A stretch of DNA of 64,000 nucleotides, from positions 20,770,001 through 20,834,000 of the forward strand of contig JBHGNT010000007.1 of the NCBI GenBank assembly GCA_043228905.1, read 5' to 3'. The translations under genes were made by a program, and so were the position numbers. Source of the DNA: Azolla caroliniana. Lineage: Eukaryota; Plantae; Polypodiophyta. The notes under the pieces were generated by a model. It was not told where the DNA came from and did not search any database. It saw nothing but the letters and a program-made list of their open reading frames with translations. This document shows, piece by piece, positions 23,505 through 36,975 of this stretch (within the stretch, counting starts at the first letter, position 1; each line of letters opens with the position of its first letter).

Positions 23505-26500
23505 ATGCATGTATGGGAAAATGACTCAAAAATCATTCCCGCTAAGTAACTCAAAGACAAAGGAACTATTCCAACTTGTTCACATGGATGTATGTGGACC
23601 GATAACTCCCAACTCACTCTCCGGAGCAAGGTACTTTATAACATTTATTGATAACACTTCGCGATTTACAATGGTTAACTTTCTTAAACAAAAGGGAAAT
23701 GCATTCAAAGCATTTTGTGCATATAAGAGCTTTGTTGAAAATCAAACACAACTTAAAGTTAAAGTAATAAGAAGTGACAATGGTGGGGAATTTGTTTCAC
23801 AAGAATGGGAAGCCTTTAACGAAAAAAATGATATATTTCATCAAAAGTCAACTGTCTACACACCTCAACAAAATGGGATAGCCGAGAGAAAGAATCGCAC
23901 CTTATTAAATGCTGCTAGGAGTATGCTGAAGACAAGTGGAATGGCGTCGAGATTCTGGGAAGAAGCAGTCGCCACAGCTTGTTACCTACAAAACAGAACC
24001 CCTCACCAAGGTATAGAAGGACAAGTGCCATACACCATGTGGTATCGGTACCCACCTGAGATATCACATCTTCGAGTATTTGGAGCAACTGCATTTGCAT
24101 ACATACAACCTGCCAAGAGGACAAAACTTGAGGATCGATGCATCAAAGGAAAATTTATTGGATATGGGGAGCCATATGGAGTAAAAGCATACAAAATTTA
24201 CCTTCCTGATACAGGTAAAATAATATTTAGTCGTTCTGTGGAGTTTGATGAGAAAAGTCTTTTTTCTAGGTCATCATATGTAATGAAAGAAATCGAGAGT
24301 GAACACCTTACCAAGGAAATCACAAAGTTAAGACTTCCTCAAGCAACAGGAATGGAATTTGAAAATGATGGGACAAACATCATCAACGTCGAACTACACA
24401 ACAATCATGGTGCGCCAACAACTAATGCAACAAAAAACAAAGGAGAGAAATTCAACCAATTACCTCATTCTCAGATCTTAACCACTCAAGATGAGGGGTT
24501 GGGAATCTCTACTGCGAAGACCACCACCAAGCCTATGATTACCAAATCAGCCACTCAAAGTCTTGAACCTGAGGATGTGCTAATACACTACCAACAACCC
24601 AACAGCTCTTCCTCAACATCTGAATGTCGAAATTGTGAATCTGAACATACAAGTTCAGGTCACCTACAACCTTACACCTCAGAGTATCCTCAAAATCTCA
24701 AAATTGGTAGTCAATTTTTCGACCAATCTGATGCTCAAAGCCCCGAAGGTGAACAAGTGTATGACCGGAGCCTTGAAAGCAACAATCAATCCACTGCACA
24801 ATATATTACTCGAAGCCTTGAACCTGAGCATACGAGTGGAGACCACATCCAACCCTGTGCATCCTCCATGACTGCAAGAAAACAAAGCTCCAGATCTGAG
24901 AATATGGATCTTGACCGCCTAAAAACCTGCAACCTCTCCAAAACAACCTTAAAAGACAAAGAAATTAGGGCTAAAAAGACTAAGGTAAGGTTACTTAGTG
25001 ATATCTATGATGCAACTAAGGACGAGGTGCTTGAAAAGTCCACATGTCACTTCGCAACAGAGACGGAGTCCGACATATCCATCTTTGCAGCCATCATCGA
25101 AGGAGACAACTACGACACAACTCCAATTCTCACCTTCAAGCAAGCATTAAAAAGTAAAGAAAAAGACAATTGGGTTGCGGCAATTAAATCTGAATTCTCA
25201 GCACTCCAAAAGAATCACACATGGACATTAGTACTGCGGCCTTGTCGCGCCAATGTCATCACTTGTAAGTGGCTTTTTACAAAGAAATATGATGCCCTAG
25301 GTACTCCCGTGAGGTTCAAAGCGAGATTAGCAGCTCGAGGATTTTCACAAATACCAGGTGTGGACTACCATGAAACTTTTTCACCCACTCTAAAGATCAC
25401 TGCACTTCGATTGATTCTTGCCATTACGGCATATTTAAATCTTGAACTTCATCATGTTGATATTGAAACAACGTTTTTACATGGTGATTTAGAAGAAGAT
25501 ATATATATATGGAACAACCCCAAATGTTAGATAATAATATAGACCCTAAGTATGTGTGTAAACTTAACAAACCTTTATATGGCCTAAAACAATCCCCTAG
25601 ACAATGGTATGCCAAGTTTCATAGGTTCCTCTTATCAATCAAATTTCAACAACTTCAATCGGAACCTAATATATATATAAGGAAAACAAGAACAGAATTC
25701 TTACTCTTGGGAGTCTATGTAGATGATTTACCTATTGTTGGGACATCGGAAGACTTGGTAATGGAATTTATTGCAGAGTTACGACAACAATTCCTTATCA
25801 AACATCTTGGGCCACTAGAACATTTTCTTGGGATTCATGTAAAAAGGAATCGAACTCTAGGTACACTCTCCCTATCACAAGAAAACTTTGTTGATAATAT
25901 AATAACCAAGTTTGATATGTTTGAGTGTTCTCCAATCTCCACTCCCCTCACAGTACCATGCAAATTATCATCTGAAGATTCACCACATACAACTGAAGAA
26001 ACTTACTTTATGAAGAATATCCCGTATCGCCAAGTGTTGGGGAGCATTCGATACCTCGTCAGCTGCACCCGACCTGACTTATCTTTTGCCACTAGATACC
26101 TATCAAGATTCATGGAGAATCCAGGAGTTAACCATTGGAAAGTACTTAAAAGAGTATTACGGTATCTAAAGTACACAAGGGATATGACACTTACTTACAC
26201 ATCATACTCTAAAGCCCAACATTCAAATATCCAAGGCTGGCTATCAACACCACTACATGGTTGGACGGATGCAGATTGGGGGGGGGGGGGGGGGGGGACA
26301 AGGATACCTCTCGATCCACCTCTGGCTATGTATTCCTATTTGCAGGTGGTGCCATTTCATGGCGAACAAAGAAACAAGCTGCTGTCGCCCTCTCTTCCAC
26401 TGAAGCAGAATATATAGCAGCTACTCTCACTACTAAGGAAGGATTATGGTTGAAGTCCATCATTGATGAACTTGCCATCCTCAAAATTTCTGAATTCAAG

Positions 26501-26740
26501 TTATGGTGTGACAACCAATCCTGCATCAAAATCACTAAGGACCCCAAGATCACAGAGCAGAACAAGCATATCCGTGCACGACATCACTTCATCTCAGAAC
26601 TTCTTGAAGAATCTAACCTCTCGATTGGACATACTTCAACACAAACTATGTGGGCTGATTTTCTTACCAAGCCAGTACCCAACGCAAAACATTGGAGTTG
26701 CTGCCACCATATTGGATTAAGTATTCATCGAAATAGATGA
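23505..26740 (+). pseudogene. Copia pol (integrase, RT, RNase H) with two frameshifts
   Basis: VHMDVCGP, IRSDNGGEF, QQNGIAERKN, FKARLAARGF, LYGLKQSPR, YVDD, SSTEAEY, ADFLTK. Frameshifts near 25500 (AT run) and 26280 (poly-G). Confidence 0.95.
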
Positions 26741-26767
26741 GTTGGTGGTGTCACAGCTACGGGGGGG

Positions 26768-27071
26768 TGTTAAGATTACCTGTTTACACCACAAATGATA
26801 AGACATGAGTTATGAGGATAAAGACAATAAGGAAAAAGACAAAACAACAGTTACAAAGAAGTAACGGCTAGTTGGTACTTCTTTGTATATATATATGAAT
26901 GAAAGTATTGTTTAGATCAGTGTGTGGTACTACCTCTAGAGTTTTCTATAGGTTCTTACATTGCAATACACCTGTTTTAATATAAGATCTTACCTTGTTC
27001 TTCATTCTTTGAAAACTCTCTCTTGTTCTCTGTTGTCAATCCAGCCCATTATCTTCTGAACTTTTCTTACA
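26768..27071 (+). repeat. 3' LTR of the interrupted Copia element (about 304 bp)
   Basis: Starts TGTTAAGA after a G-tract, ends TCTTACA; host-type coding sequence resumes at 27072. Confidence 0.8.
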
Positions 27072-27256
27072 CAGATTGGCAGCATTTGGCAATTTCTGTA
27101 GGGGTTGGGTGCCTCGGGGGGGATGTTGGTAAATTTCATCCCGCTGCCCGAATGTGTGGCGAGGACGCAGCCGACCGATGAGGATATAGGAACCCGAGAT
27201 GAAGCCTTTTCATTAGAACTAGGGAGCCTCGATTCGTTCATGCCGGCTGTGTAATT
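27072..27256 (+). pseudogene. C-terminal remnant of a paralog of the 49378-50750 membrane-protein gene
   Basis: DWQHLAISVGVGCLGGMLVNFIPLPECVART...SLELGSLDSFMPAV* versus DLRHLAISVGVGCLAMLVNCVPLPECVVRT...SLELGSLDSFMLAV*. Confidence 0.9.
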
Positions 27257-28404
27257 CGTTCATCCCAGCTCCTTGCATAGAGATTGCGGGGGTCATTGAC
27301 TGGAAATGTTTTGTCACCTTTTCAATGGGTTTTCATTGAAGGTGATAGAGTTTTACCATCCCTAGAGTATAAGTTTGTGTTTGATTATTTGAGGTGCTTG
27401 GGCATGTGGTATATTTGGAACTTGGTTTCTTATTTGATGGGCTTTTTCGAGTATCTCAACAAATATGTAGGATAAGAGGATGATTTGGCAGTTTTCACAT
27501 TTATGTTGTATGGGGACACATTTATGTTGTATGGGAACTTTGTCCCCAGATGAGTTACATTTGTGTCGTTTTGTATTGCAGCACATTAGAAGGTTGCCCT
27601 TGCCACATCGCTACTTTTGAAGTAGTTTTGATAGCAAGGTTTTTTGTATTGTCATGATTGTTTTAATATGAACATACATTTGCATAGAGAATCTCTCTCT
27701 CTCCCAATCGATGGAGGAGCATTTTCTTTTGTGCTCATGCCATATATTGCATTGGTATGTTGCATAATAATTTATTGACTCAATTTTCTATCCATAGTGA
27801 TTCTTGTGCTTGCATAACTAATGTTCACAAATAGCTTGGTCACAACAAAATGACATATTCACACTGAATGTATAGTTGTGTAATAAACTTCACTTAACTT
27901 GAAAGGCTTCATTACAAATAGACTACTATGCCTAGTCGTGGACCCTACTCTTGACTCAAACGGAACAAAATAATTAGATGGTTTGTTTTGATTTGAAATT
28001 ATCGTTAAACATTGTAGTTCGTTTTCCATTATAAATAAATAGTTTGGTTTGGTTCTCAAAATAATGTTTATAAGTTTTTACTTAATTGTTTTTTCTTTCC
28101 TTCATGTTTCAATTCTATAATCAATTTCATAGTTTAGTTAATGGTTTTTATGCTTAATTATATTTCATTAATTTAAATCAATTTTTTAAATTTCGCAGGT
28201 TTTTCTGTTTGGACCTTCATTTACCTTAAGTTTGCAATTTAAAATTTTGATTAATTTAACCATATGCAAGCATTTCAATGCGATAGAATATCAATGAACG
28301 TGAAATACATGCTCGTAAGCAAAATACGAGTGTGCTTTGTGATAAATTCCTCTATGCATCATGACTTTTTCTATGGCGTTCAATTTATAGATGAACTACG
28401 TAGA

Positions 28405-29305
28405 GGTTCAGTTTCACTCCATTTGAAATAGGATCATAAGTGATGTCGATTGCGAGTCCAGGATATGTGGTGAGACAAAATTGTTGGAGTTTCACTCCAT
28501 TTGAAATAAGAACTTAATGGTGTCGATTGAGAGTCCATGACATGTGGAGAGACAAAATTGTTGGAGTTTCACTCCATTTGAAATAAGAACTTAATGGTGT
28601 CGACTGAGAGTCCATGACATGTGGCGAGACAAAATTGTTGGAGTTTCACTCCATTTGAAATAAGAACTTTAATGGTGTTGATTGAGAGTCCAGGACGAAA
28701 TAAGAACTTAATGGAACCGATTGCGAGTCCATGACATGTGGAGAGACAAAATTGGAGTTTTAGTCCCTTTGAAATAAGAGCTTAATGGAACCGATTCCGA
28801 GTCCATAACATGTGGAGAAACAAAATTGGAGTTTCACTTTGTTTGAAATAAGAACTTAATGGTGTCGATTGTGAGTCCTTGACATGTGGAGAGAAAAAAT
28901 TATTGGAGTTTCACACCGTTTGAAATAAGAACTTAATGGTGTCAATTGCGAGTCCCTAACATGTGGAGAGACAAAATTGTTGGAGTTTCACTCCATTTGA
29001 AAGAAGAACTTAATGGTGTCGATTGAGATTCCATGACATGTGGCGAGACAAAATTGTTGGAGTTTCACTCCATTTGAAATAAGATCGTAATGGTGTCGAT
29101 TGCAAGTTCACAAGATACATGTGTGGAGAGACAAAATTGTTGGAGTTTCACACTGTTTGAAATAAGATCGTAATGGTGTCGATTGCAAGTTCACAAGATA
29201 CATGTGTGGAGAGACAAAATTGTTGGAGTTTCACACCATTTGAAATAAGATCATAATGGTGTCGATTACAAGTTCACAAGATACATGTGTGGAGAGACAA
29301 AATGA
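28405..29305. repeat. Tandem array, about 11-12 copies of a 77-82-bp unit
   Basis: Unit GAGTTTCACTCCATTTGAAATAAGAACTTAATGGTGTCGATTGAGAGTCCATGACATGTGGAGAGACAAAATTGTTG; starts at 28487, 28564, 28641. Confidence 0.95.
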
Positions 29306-29529
29306 TCGGTATTGTGGACTAGGAAAGTCGTTAGAGTTCCAAACATGATACACTTTGGGAAGGTCATATAGTTCTAATCGTAAATTGAAAATAATCGTTT
29401 GCTTAGATTTCGGAATTTAAATAACAAAACCCAAAATAATGAAATTAATCGATTAAAATCACAAACCTCTATGACAATAGTTGATTACACAGGTATTCAT
29501 TCATGCCTATATTTATTGATGCCTCTATA

Positions 29530-30257
29530 CGTTGTCGTAGTGTATTTCGTACACTACGTGAAAAAGTAAAAATAATATAACCGATTTAATTACATATAAA
29601 TAAATAAAATAAGAATATCAAAATATTTATCACGTGCATAGGGCAAGATTCAAACCCTATACCTCCACGTAACCAAACCTCAACCTTACCATTATGCTAC
29701 CTTATCTTCAATATTTTACAAATAGATTTAATAACTATAAGTCCTTTATTTGCGCCTACCTTTATTAAAAGGTAAATCATGCATTTTTAGAGTGCGTGAA
29801 TATTTTATAGAAAAACGCAAGCAACTAAAAAGTGACTCATGCACATCTAGCGTGCATGAGCACTATATTTAGCAAATAAAAGTAAGGATTAGAAAAGCAT
29901 CACATGCACATTTAGTGTGCATGAACATATTAGAAAAAAGCATGTAGCTATGCTTAGTCTCTCCCGTCACTATATAAGGATGGGGAGCACATTGTAGTTT
30001 TTGTTGATTATTTTTCTATAATGATCAATCAATCTAAAATATTCGTGGGATTCACGAATTTGCTAAAATAATTCTCTCTTACTACCTAAATATTGACTAA
30101 ATATACTAAACTCGTGGGATTCACGAGATTCTTATCTTATAACTCTTTATACCTATTCTTTACTAGCCTTATTTGTATTTTTCTTTCTCCTAGTCCAAAA
30201 CCTTGGCGGTTCCCACCCAACTCACGCAACGATCCGGAGCCGAAAGGCACGACAACG
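29530..30257. mobile_element. Non-autonomous TIR element (CGTTGTCGT...ACGACAACG, TA flanks)
   Basis: TA|CGTTGTCGT at 29530 and ACGACAACG|TA ending 30257; interior resembles 34895-35250. Confidence 0.65.
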
Positions 30258-30355
30258 TATGTGTGGATGTATATATGTAGTTATGTTCGATTGTGTACAT
30301 GTGAGCTAATTGAAACAATTAAGAGGAGGAGAATGAAAGAAACATACCTGATGAG

Positions 30356-31153
30356 TGATAAGATTTCACTCAGATAAAATCTTGAAATCAAACTTCGACA
30401 TAAACAGAAATAAAAGGTAGCACACGATTTACATGGAAAAACCCTGATTTCGGGGAAAAAACCACGGAACAGAACTTTCCACTATAATAGAAGACAAAAT
30501 ACGACCATGGAATGAAAGAACCTGATTTGGTCTGAATGTTCTCTAAAACCACAATTTCAGATGAGAACACCAAACCCAGCACGTAGATGTCTTTCCCGTT
30601 CGAAACTTCCTTAGCTTCTCTGTTTTAATCTCTCTCTCTTCTTTTCTGTTTCTCTCAACTTTTCCCCTCACTCTCAGCTTCTGAGATATGGTACTCACAC
30701 AGCCGCTACTGTGTTCTCTCTAAGTCGTTCACTGTACAACGCTTCTCTCGCACTATATTCTCATATATATATATTGCTCACACGCTTACTATTTCACTTA
30801 AGTATACTTTCACACTTTTTCTCACTATTTTTACTCCTAGTGACTCATCCCACATGCAGACACACTACTACGCATGTCAGTATATATATACTAAGTTATT
30901 TCATACACATAGTCGTACATATATATGTATAAGTGTGTTCGAATTGACTCTCGTTTCAATGTTTTGTTTCTTCGGACAACCGATTATCGTTTTAGCTCTT
31001 TGACCAATTCCGACTAGCCGACTCTCGTTTCGGCTCTTCCGACCAAATTCGGTCAGCCGACTCTTTTCGGCTTTTTGGCCGATTTCGATTAGCTGACTCT
31101 CAAGTCGACTTTTCGGCCGACTCCCCCGCAAGGAGGGACGCCTTTACATAACA
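30356..31153 (-). mobile_element. Solo LTR
   Basis: TG...CA ends, 5-bp TSD ATGAG (30351-30355, 31154-31158), reverse-oriented GTGGTTTTTTCCC motif. Confidence 0.88.
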
Positions 31154-32076
31154 ATGAGCAGTAAGTTTAAGGGTAATATCGTGCTCAGGGTTTGCTCCTG
31201 GAGGATAGATGTATGTGTGTTAGGGAAGAAAATTTTAAATACCCCAAGCATCTGTATCTATGTGTCATTATGCATGTGTGTGTATGTAACAATTCCTAAT
31301 TGTGAGTATTATGATTAGTTGTCATAATATAGAGAAATAAAGAGGTTTACGGGCAGATGCATAGAACTAGTGTTGAAAGAATGGCGATTATGCCTTAAGT
31401 CCTAATATAGAGAAATAAACAGGATTCTATGGTGGCCGATATATGGACTCGTCGACGAGTTAAAAGAAAGTCGTGGACATTTTTGTATATACCACTATGA
31501 TCTTATTTTCAACAAAACTGAAAGTCTCTCCGGTAGTCCGTCCACACATGTAATATGGACAAAGGCAATAATTTCGTACAATGAATAAAGAGAGAAAACG
31601 TGTAAATGCATTATTGTATCCTGTGATACGAGATAGAACCCGTCCAAAACTTATATAAAAAACATAAGACGTAAAAAGGTCAGATATTGACATATTCTCT
31701 CTCTCTCTCTCTCTCAATCATTTGTTCATGTTCATTACTCTGATGCAAATTAGGGTGTATCCTTTCTTAGATTAGACGCTGATTTCAGTGACTGGATGCT
31801 AATTAGCTATATATTTCAGTGACTGGATGCTAATTAGCTATATATTTCAGTGACTGGATGCTAATTAGCTATCTATTTTCTTAACAGATGGTTTGATGAG
31901 CCCTACATTTGTTCAAACAGCTACCCAATTCCCTGCTTAGATCTTAAATATCTGCATATTTCCTTAATTAGATGCGAAATACCCCCCACAATTCCTTAAT
32001 TAGATGTCAAACACCTGCATATTTCTGAATTGCAATTTCATTCCCTCTTAATTTTTACAACTATGTCGGTTCAATG

Positions 32077-32177
32077 TTTCTACGAATGGAGCCTCAATGT
32101 TTAGGAATATATAGACAACACTACCACCAATAGTGTTGTCTATATATTCCTAAACATTGAGGCTCCATTCGTAGAAA
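32077..32177. repeat. Perfect inverted repeat, 47-bp arms, 7-nt loop
   Basis: 32077-32123 is the exact reverse complement of 32131-32177. Confidence 0.97.
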
Positions 32178-33632
32178 TTGCTTTTTCTCCAACCTTTTTA
32201 CGAGTTTTGCAATTTATAGGTATTTTTGGAAACCTCTTAATTATTTGTTGGACCCTAATATTTTCGTGAATTATGTGACGAGCTTTCGTGAATTTATAGG
32301 TATTTGGAGAGTGGGTAGACTTCTAGCTGTATCACGAGCTTTAGGTGATCGGATTTTGAACTTTATAATAAAGAATTCTTCAAGATCTAATTGCAAGTAG
32401 TCTTGTGTTTGTATCTGTGGCTCTTTTATTGATGAGAATTTGTACTATTATAATGAAAAGATTCTCAATGTACAATGAATATGGCAATAAATGTGCTAGA
32501 CAATGAATATGGCAATGTACATTGACTATTACAAATAGTATAAAAGAGTGTCCTGAGTGTCATGTACATTAAGGGTCATATATAATGCCATCTTGCAAAA
32601 TGTGCATGATATATATGTTTCATCTCATGTGTATTGATTCATGGACAATATGTTTTTCAATTCCAAAAGAGCATGTCCAATTGCTTTTGTTTGCTATATA
32701 TGTATACAATTTTTTTGTATGCCCTTTTCCTCTTTATCTTTCCAATGTTATAGGAAGGAACCCAAGGGGAAGCTCACTAATATTCTCTTGTGCATGTAAG
32801 GTGTCTTTTTCTTTTAATGTCTTTCTATTTTCTTATCTTCGAGAAGAGATGATAAGTAACTGGATAGAGTTTCTAATTCTTGCGAGTGATGGTTAATGAG
32901 ATGTTCTTTCAATTAAAGTATGAGAAAGTGGTATTTTGATTCAAAAACAGTTTGCAAAGCTCAAATTTCATGTTTATTCATACTATTGTTGAGTATGCAA
33001 TCTCCTTTGTTCAATGTATTCTTGATGCAGAAGAGGTAGCCAAGAAACTTACCGAGGAGGCCTTTTCTTGACAAAGTAACGATAACATAACATGTATGGT
33101 CGAAGGAACAACAATCTAAGGCATCCAATAAATAAAAAGATAATAAACAATTTACAACTTAGAGCACAATCTACGTAATATCCTAAGGCTTTCTATGTAA
33201 AAGTTTTTTGTTAATAAGTCAATATACATGTATGTGACAAATTGTGGAAGATATATTTCATATTTTGTATAAGCTCTTCCTATGATCCATCTAGACAATC
33301 TATAGGTAAAGGTGTTGGTGTGTGTATGTATGTAGTATCCAAAATTATATAGGACCAAAAGGCCAATCTCCAGTCGTATTCTTATTAGAGGGTTTGTATA
33401 ACATGTCATCGCGATGAGTTGTTGGACAACATTGCAATGTATCAACATATTGTTTGCATAATTGATTTGATTCTATATTTGATCAATGTTTAAATGTTGG
33501 TGTGAGGAGAGACTAACATGAAGTTTCCAATCGATCTTAATTTAACATTTATCGACATGATGTATTTAGTTTTGGTCATGTAGAAATAAGGGTAAGAAAC
33601 CGGATTGAACCAAAACTAAATGGGGCCCATAC

Positions 33633-34208
33633 TGTTGGAACACAGGTCCGTCCAGATGAGAAGAGAAGAGCTGAGTTGATGAATAACTCGGCCGAGGCTA
33701 AAACTGAAATCGAGGATATACCCAACTCGGGAGACTATATTTGTAAATAGTCGAAATGTGCCCCATGTGGGCTATGTATGTAAATAGCCATAAAGTTGTA
33801 TAAGTATAAATACAACTAGGGCAAACTTTAGTAAGGTGTGGTAGATCATTGTTGTATGATTAGGTTGTGAGTTACAAGAAGGTAGTGGCCTCTATAACTG
33901 TGCAAGAGAGAATGTGAGAGTTAGTGTGTAACTCTGTAGCCGTTTGTTGACAAAGAAGATCTTGAGGTCATCGCCTCTGAGTTTCTTGTTGTACTTCCTC
34001 TCTACATATAGTGATTCTGTTTCTCGGGGTTTGTGGACCCCTGTGGTTTTTCCCATTTCAGGTTTTCCACATAAAAATATCCGTCTTTGTGTCTTCTCGG
34101 TTTCTTGTTTGCTGTTCTTCATTTTCTGTCTGTGTACTGTCAATGTTGACTCTTTGCACCCGAACATATGTATGAACAACCGGTTGTGGCCGGTCACGAT
34201 TCTTGACA
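33633..34208 (+). mobile_element. Solo LTR
   Basis: TGTTGG...TTGACA, 5-bp TSD CATAC (33628-33632, 34209-34213), TATAAATA and GTGGTTTTTCCC motifs. Confidence 0.9.
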
Positions 34209-34894
34209 CATACCTAGGCAGGAAAACATTATAATACATTTTCTTTCCAGAAAAAATGATACCCATTAGTTAGGAAGAAATATAGGAGGTATCATGTCTC
34301 ATATAGAGCTCTGTGGCTTTGATTAACTCTAAAAACGTAGAGTGGAAGACTAAGGGTCCTTCTTAGAGGGGAAGACTAAGGGTCTTCTACAGTCTACGGA
34401 CGGTGGGGGGATGCTGTATGGGGAGAGTCCTTAGTGGGAGGAGACATTTTGGCACCATCTTATATAATTTGCCTCCCTATAATCACAACATTAACATTTT
34501 GTTCCATTTTAGGATGAAGGTTGCCCAGGTCCTAGATGTTGAGTCTGTTTCACCTTGAATATCTTCATATGACCCATGAAGGAAGGGGATGAGGTGATCC
34601 CAAAGTTCCATGAACACCTTTGCTGGTAGAGTGGGCTTCCCTTGGAAGATCCTGTGGTAGCGGTGCTTCCATATCTACCATGTTGTTAGACCCGGTAGTG
34701 TGATTGACAATGACTTCAACTATGTTGACTTTGTTTGTGACCAAGATGGAGAATCGGTTCCTGAATTTTGCCCACCCCATTTGCATGAAGGGGCTGGATT
34801 CGTTGAATTGGAAAACCATGATTCCAAGTGCATCGTGAGCGATTGGGCCACCGCCAATGAGACTTCCCCATAACCGCCGTTGCGAGCTAGTATC

Positions 34895-35986
34895 CGTTGT
34901 CGTAATGTAGTTTGTACATTACGTGAAAAACATATGGAGTACCCGATTCAATAAATAAGAGGAATTAGAAGAAAATACTAACATATACATTGCATGCATA
35001 GGGCAAGATTTGAACCTTGTACATCCATGTAAATAAATTAAAGCCTTACCATTATACTAGCACATCACAAGTGTCAAAAAAGTAGATGTCCCAAATACAA
35101 AGGTTATTTCATGCATATTTTCTAGGAAAAAAGCTTTAGTTAGAAGAAAACGCATGATAGAATAAATAAAAAGCTACACATGCACATCTAGCGTGCATGA
35201 ACACTTTAGTTGATAAAAAAAACACATGATAGAGAGTAAATTGATAGTATGAGAGATCGAGTAATACTTAATTATACATATAGGTTCAAGAAAATCTTCG
35301 AGTAGGAGAGTATGTGAGATCAAATAATACTTAATTATGCTTATGAGTAAACAAAGCTTAGAGTAAGAGAGTATGAATAACACTAACATATACTTATACA
35401 TAAGCAAAACTTAAATTAAGAGAGTATGAGGAAGGAAACATGGAAAGTTTTTTATTACTAGATCCTCAATCTGATGGACTTATTTTGTTACATGATTTTT
35501 TTTTTCTATCTCCCCTTTTGGGGTATAAGAGTATGAGAGAGGAAACATATATCTTTTCTTCTTCAATCCCCATCCATCTCCCCCTTCTTCTTAAGAATAG
35601 CTCTTATTTATAGGTTTTCTATGGCTTGTTTTTCTTTTCTCCTAAAAAAAAAGCTTTGTTTATATAAGTCGAGTTTATTTCTAAGCCCAAATTTGACATG
35701 CAAGATATGTTTGGAAAGCTCTTAGTGTTAGTTTTCGTATGAGTCTTTTATTTTCTAATTTGGACATTGGATGCGGAAATTATGAGCTTTTTTCTCTACC
35801 TTGCTCCTCAATTCCACACCTTGCGGTTTGTTTTCTACTTTTTTTACTTTTGAAAAACTGCTTCTATCTTTCTATCTTTTCATCATTTATAACAAAAATT
35901 GACTTCGCAATATTAGTTTATTTGAACTACTACTTTATTCTCTTTTGATGGTGGTTTCACACTGTGTTGAAAACATCACGACACCG
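34895..35986. mobile_element. Second member of the CGTTGTCGT TIR family
   Basis: Left end similar to 29530 onward; right end ACGACACCG|TA has one mismatch; left flank is TC rather than TA. Confidence 0.55.
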
Positions 35987-36669
35987 TAAACTTCACTTCC
36001 ATACTTCTTGTGAGTGTACGCAAGACCACATGTAGTGCTAAGATGATTCAGCCGCTTCACCAAACAGGAGACAAGTTGGGTCCAGTCCAGATTTGTTGCT
36101 CCATTCCCCGGTTGGAAGGGCACAATGGCTAAGTAGCTAGAAAAATGACTTCATTGTTGGGGAGATCAATAATCCATAATTTCTCTCAAAACCGTCCTAA
36201 GGAGTCATGCACTTTGTGTGATGCCCACAGATTTTTTATTAGGGTTTTAGCTACCAACTTTTTGAGTAGTAGAGGCCTTCCTATGCCCATAGTATAGGCA
36301 AAGAATTGCTTTTTCTTCTGATTATGGATGTTCCAATGATATTGTAGAGGGTCCCAATTGAGATGTTCTATTAGGTGATTGTTGTAAATTCATACCTTAT
36401 AATCTTCCTCCCAACAAATCTTTGGTTTAGGATCGACATGCCATTTCTTTTCCATGCACGTGATTATTCGAATGAGATACCAGTTCCCTTCTACTTCATT
36501 TGAGGAATGCAAGCACATTTGCAAAATAGCAACATTCGCCTTCCTGCTTTTTATGGTGACCAGTTCGCCATCTCTCATGAAGAAACCAAACCACGTATCA
36601 CTTGTAGTTTATGGTGGTGTTTGAAGTCATTACCGTCTTCTCCATGAGTTCTAACATATGTTTGCCATT

Positions 36670-36975
36670 TTTAATAGTTGTAATGTTGCTTTCTCCTACC
36701 TTCCAAATGACAACCCCACCATATCTCCAAGTCAATGAACAAGGAAGATTGATGATAAGGATGATGAGGAGAATCAACAAGAACTGGACAATGTCTACAA
36801 TACCACTACTACGATTGGAAACTTGCTAACGAAAGAAACAGAAAATTAATGTGGGAAAAATTTGTGAAAGTATTGTGTCATATAGGAAGAGCAAGGAGGA
36901 GGACGATGGAGGGTCATCATGATACTAGATGGTATGGTATTCATGATTGAGTGAGGGGTGGTGAGGAGTGTATAG
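36670..36975 (+). pseudogene. Decayed inverted copy of the 51465-51790 segment (N-terminal-type exon of the membrane-protein family)
   Basis: Shares AATGACAACCCCACCATATCTCCAAGT and GAGGAGAATCAACAAGA with 50660-50680 and 51690-51760 (minus). Confidence 0.75.

Larger units (their letters stand above)
3073..27071 (+). mobile_element. 5'-truncated Ty1/Copia retrotransposon interrupted by nested DNA transposons
   Basis: Protease and GAG-pre-integrase sequence 3073-3497 ends at ICEG and resumes at 23505 as CMYGK. Removing the insert and one AAGG restores ICEGCMYGK. G-rich PPT precedes the 3' LTR. Confidence 0.92.

Noticed and set aside
26278-26297. Programmed frameshift or G-quadruplex at the poly-G run
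   Set aside because: More simply homopolymer slippage or sequencing error in a dead Copia; a similar poly-C run occurs at the equivalent site near 44815.
29637-29702. Functional tRNA gene
   Set aside because: Only degenerate A/B boxes; I cannot fold a cloverleaf.
34887-34925. Helitron 3' end (hairpin plus CTAG on the minus strand)
   Set aside because: CTAG is missing in the other copies, the next base is not T, and matching inverted ends point to a TIR element.
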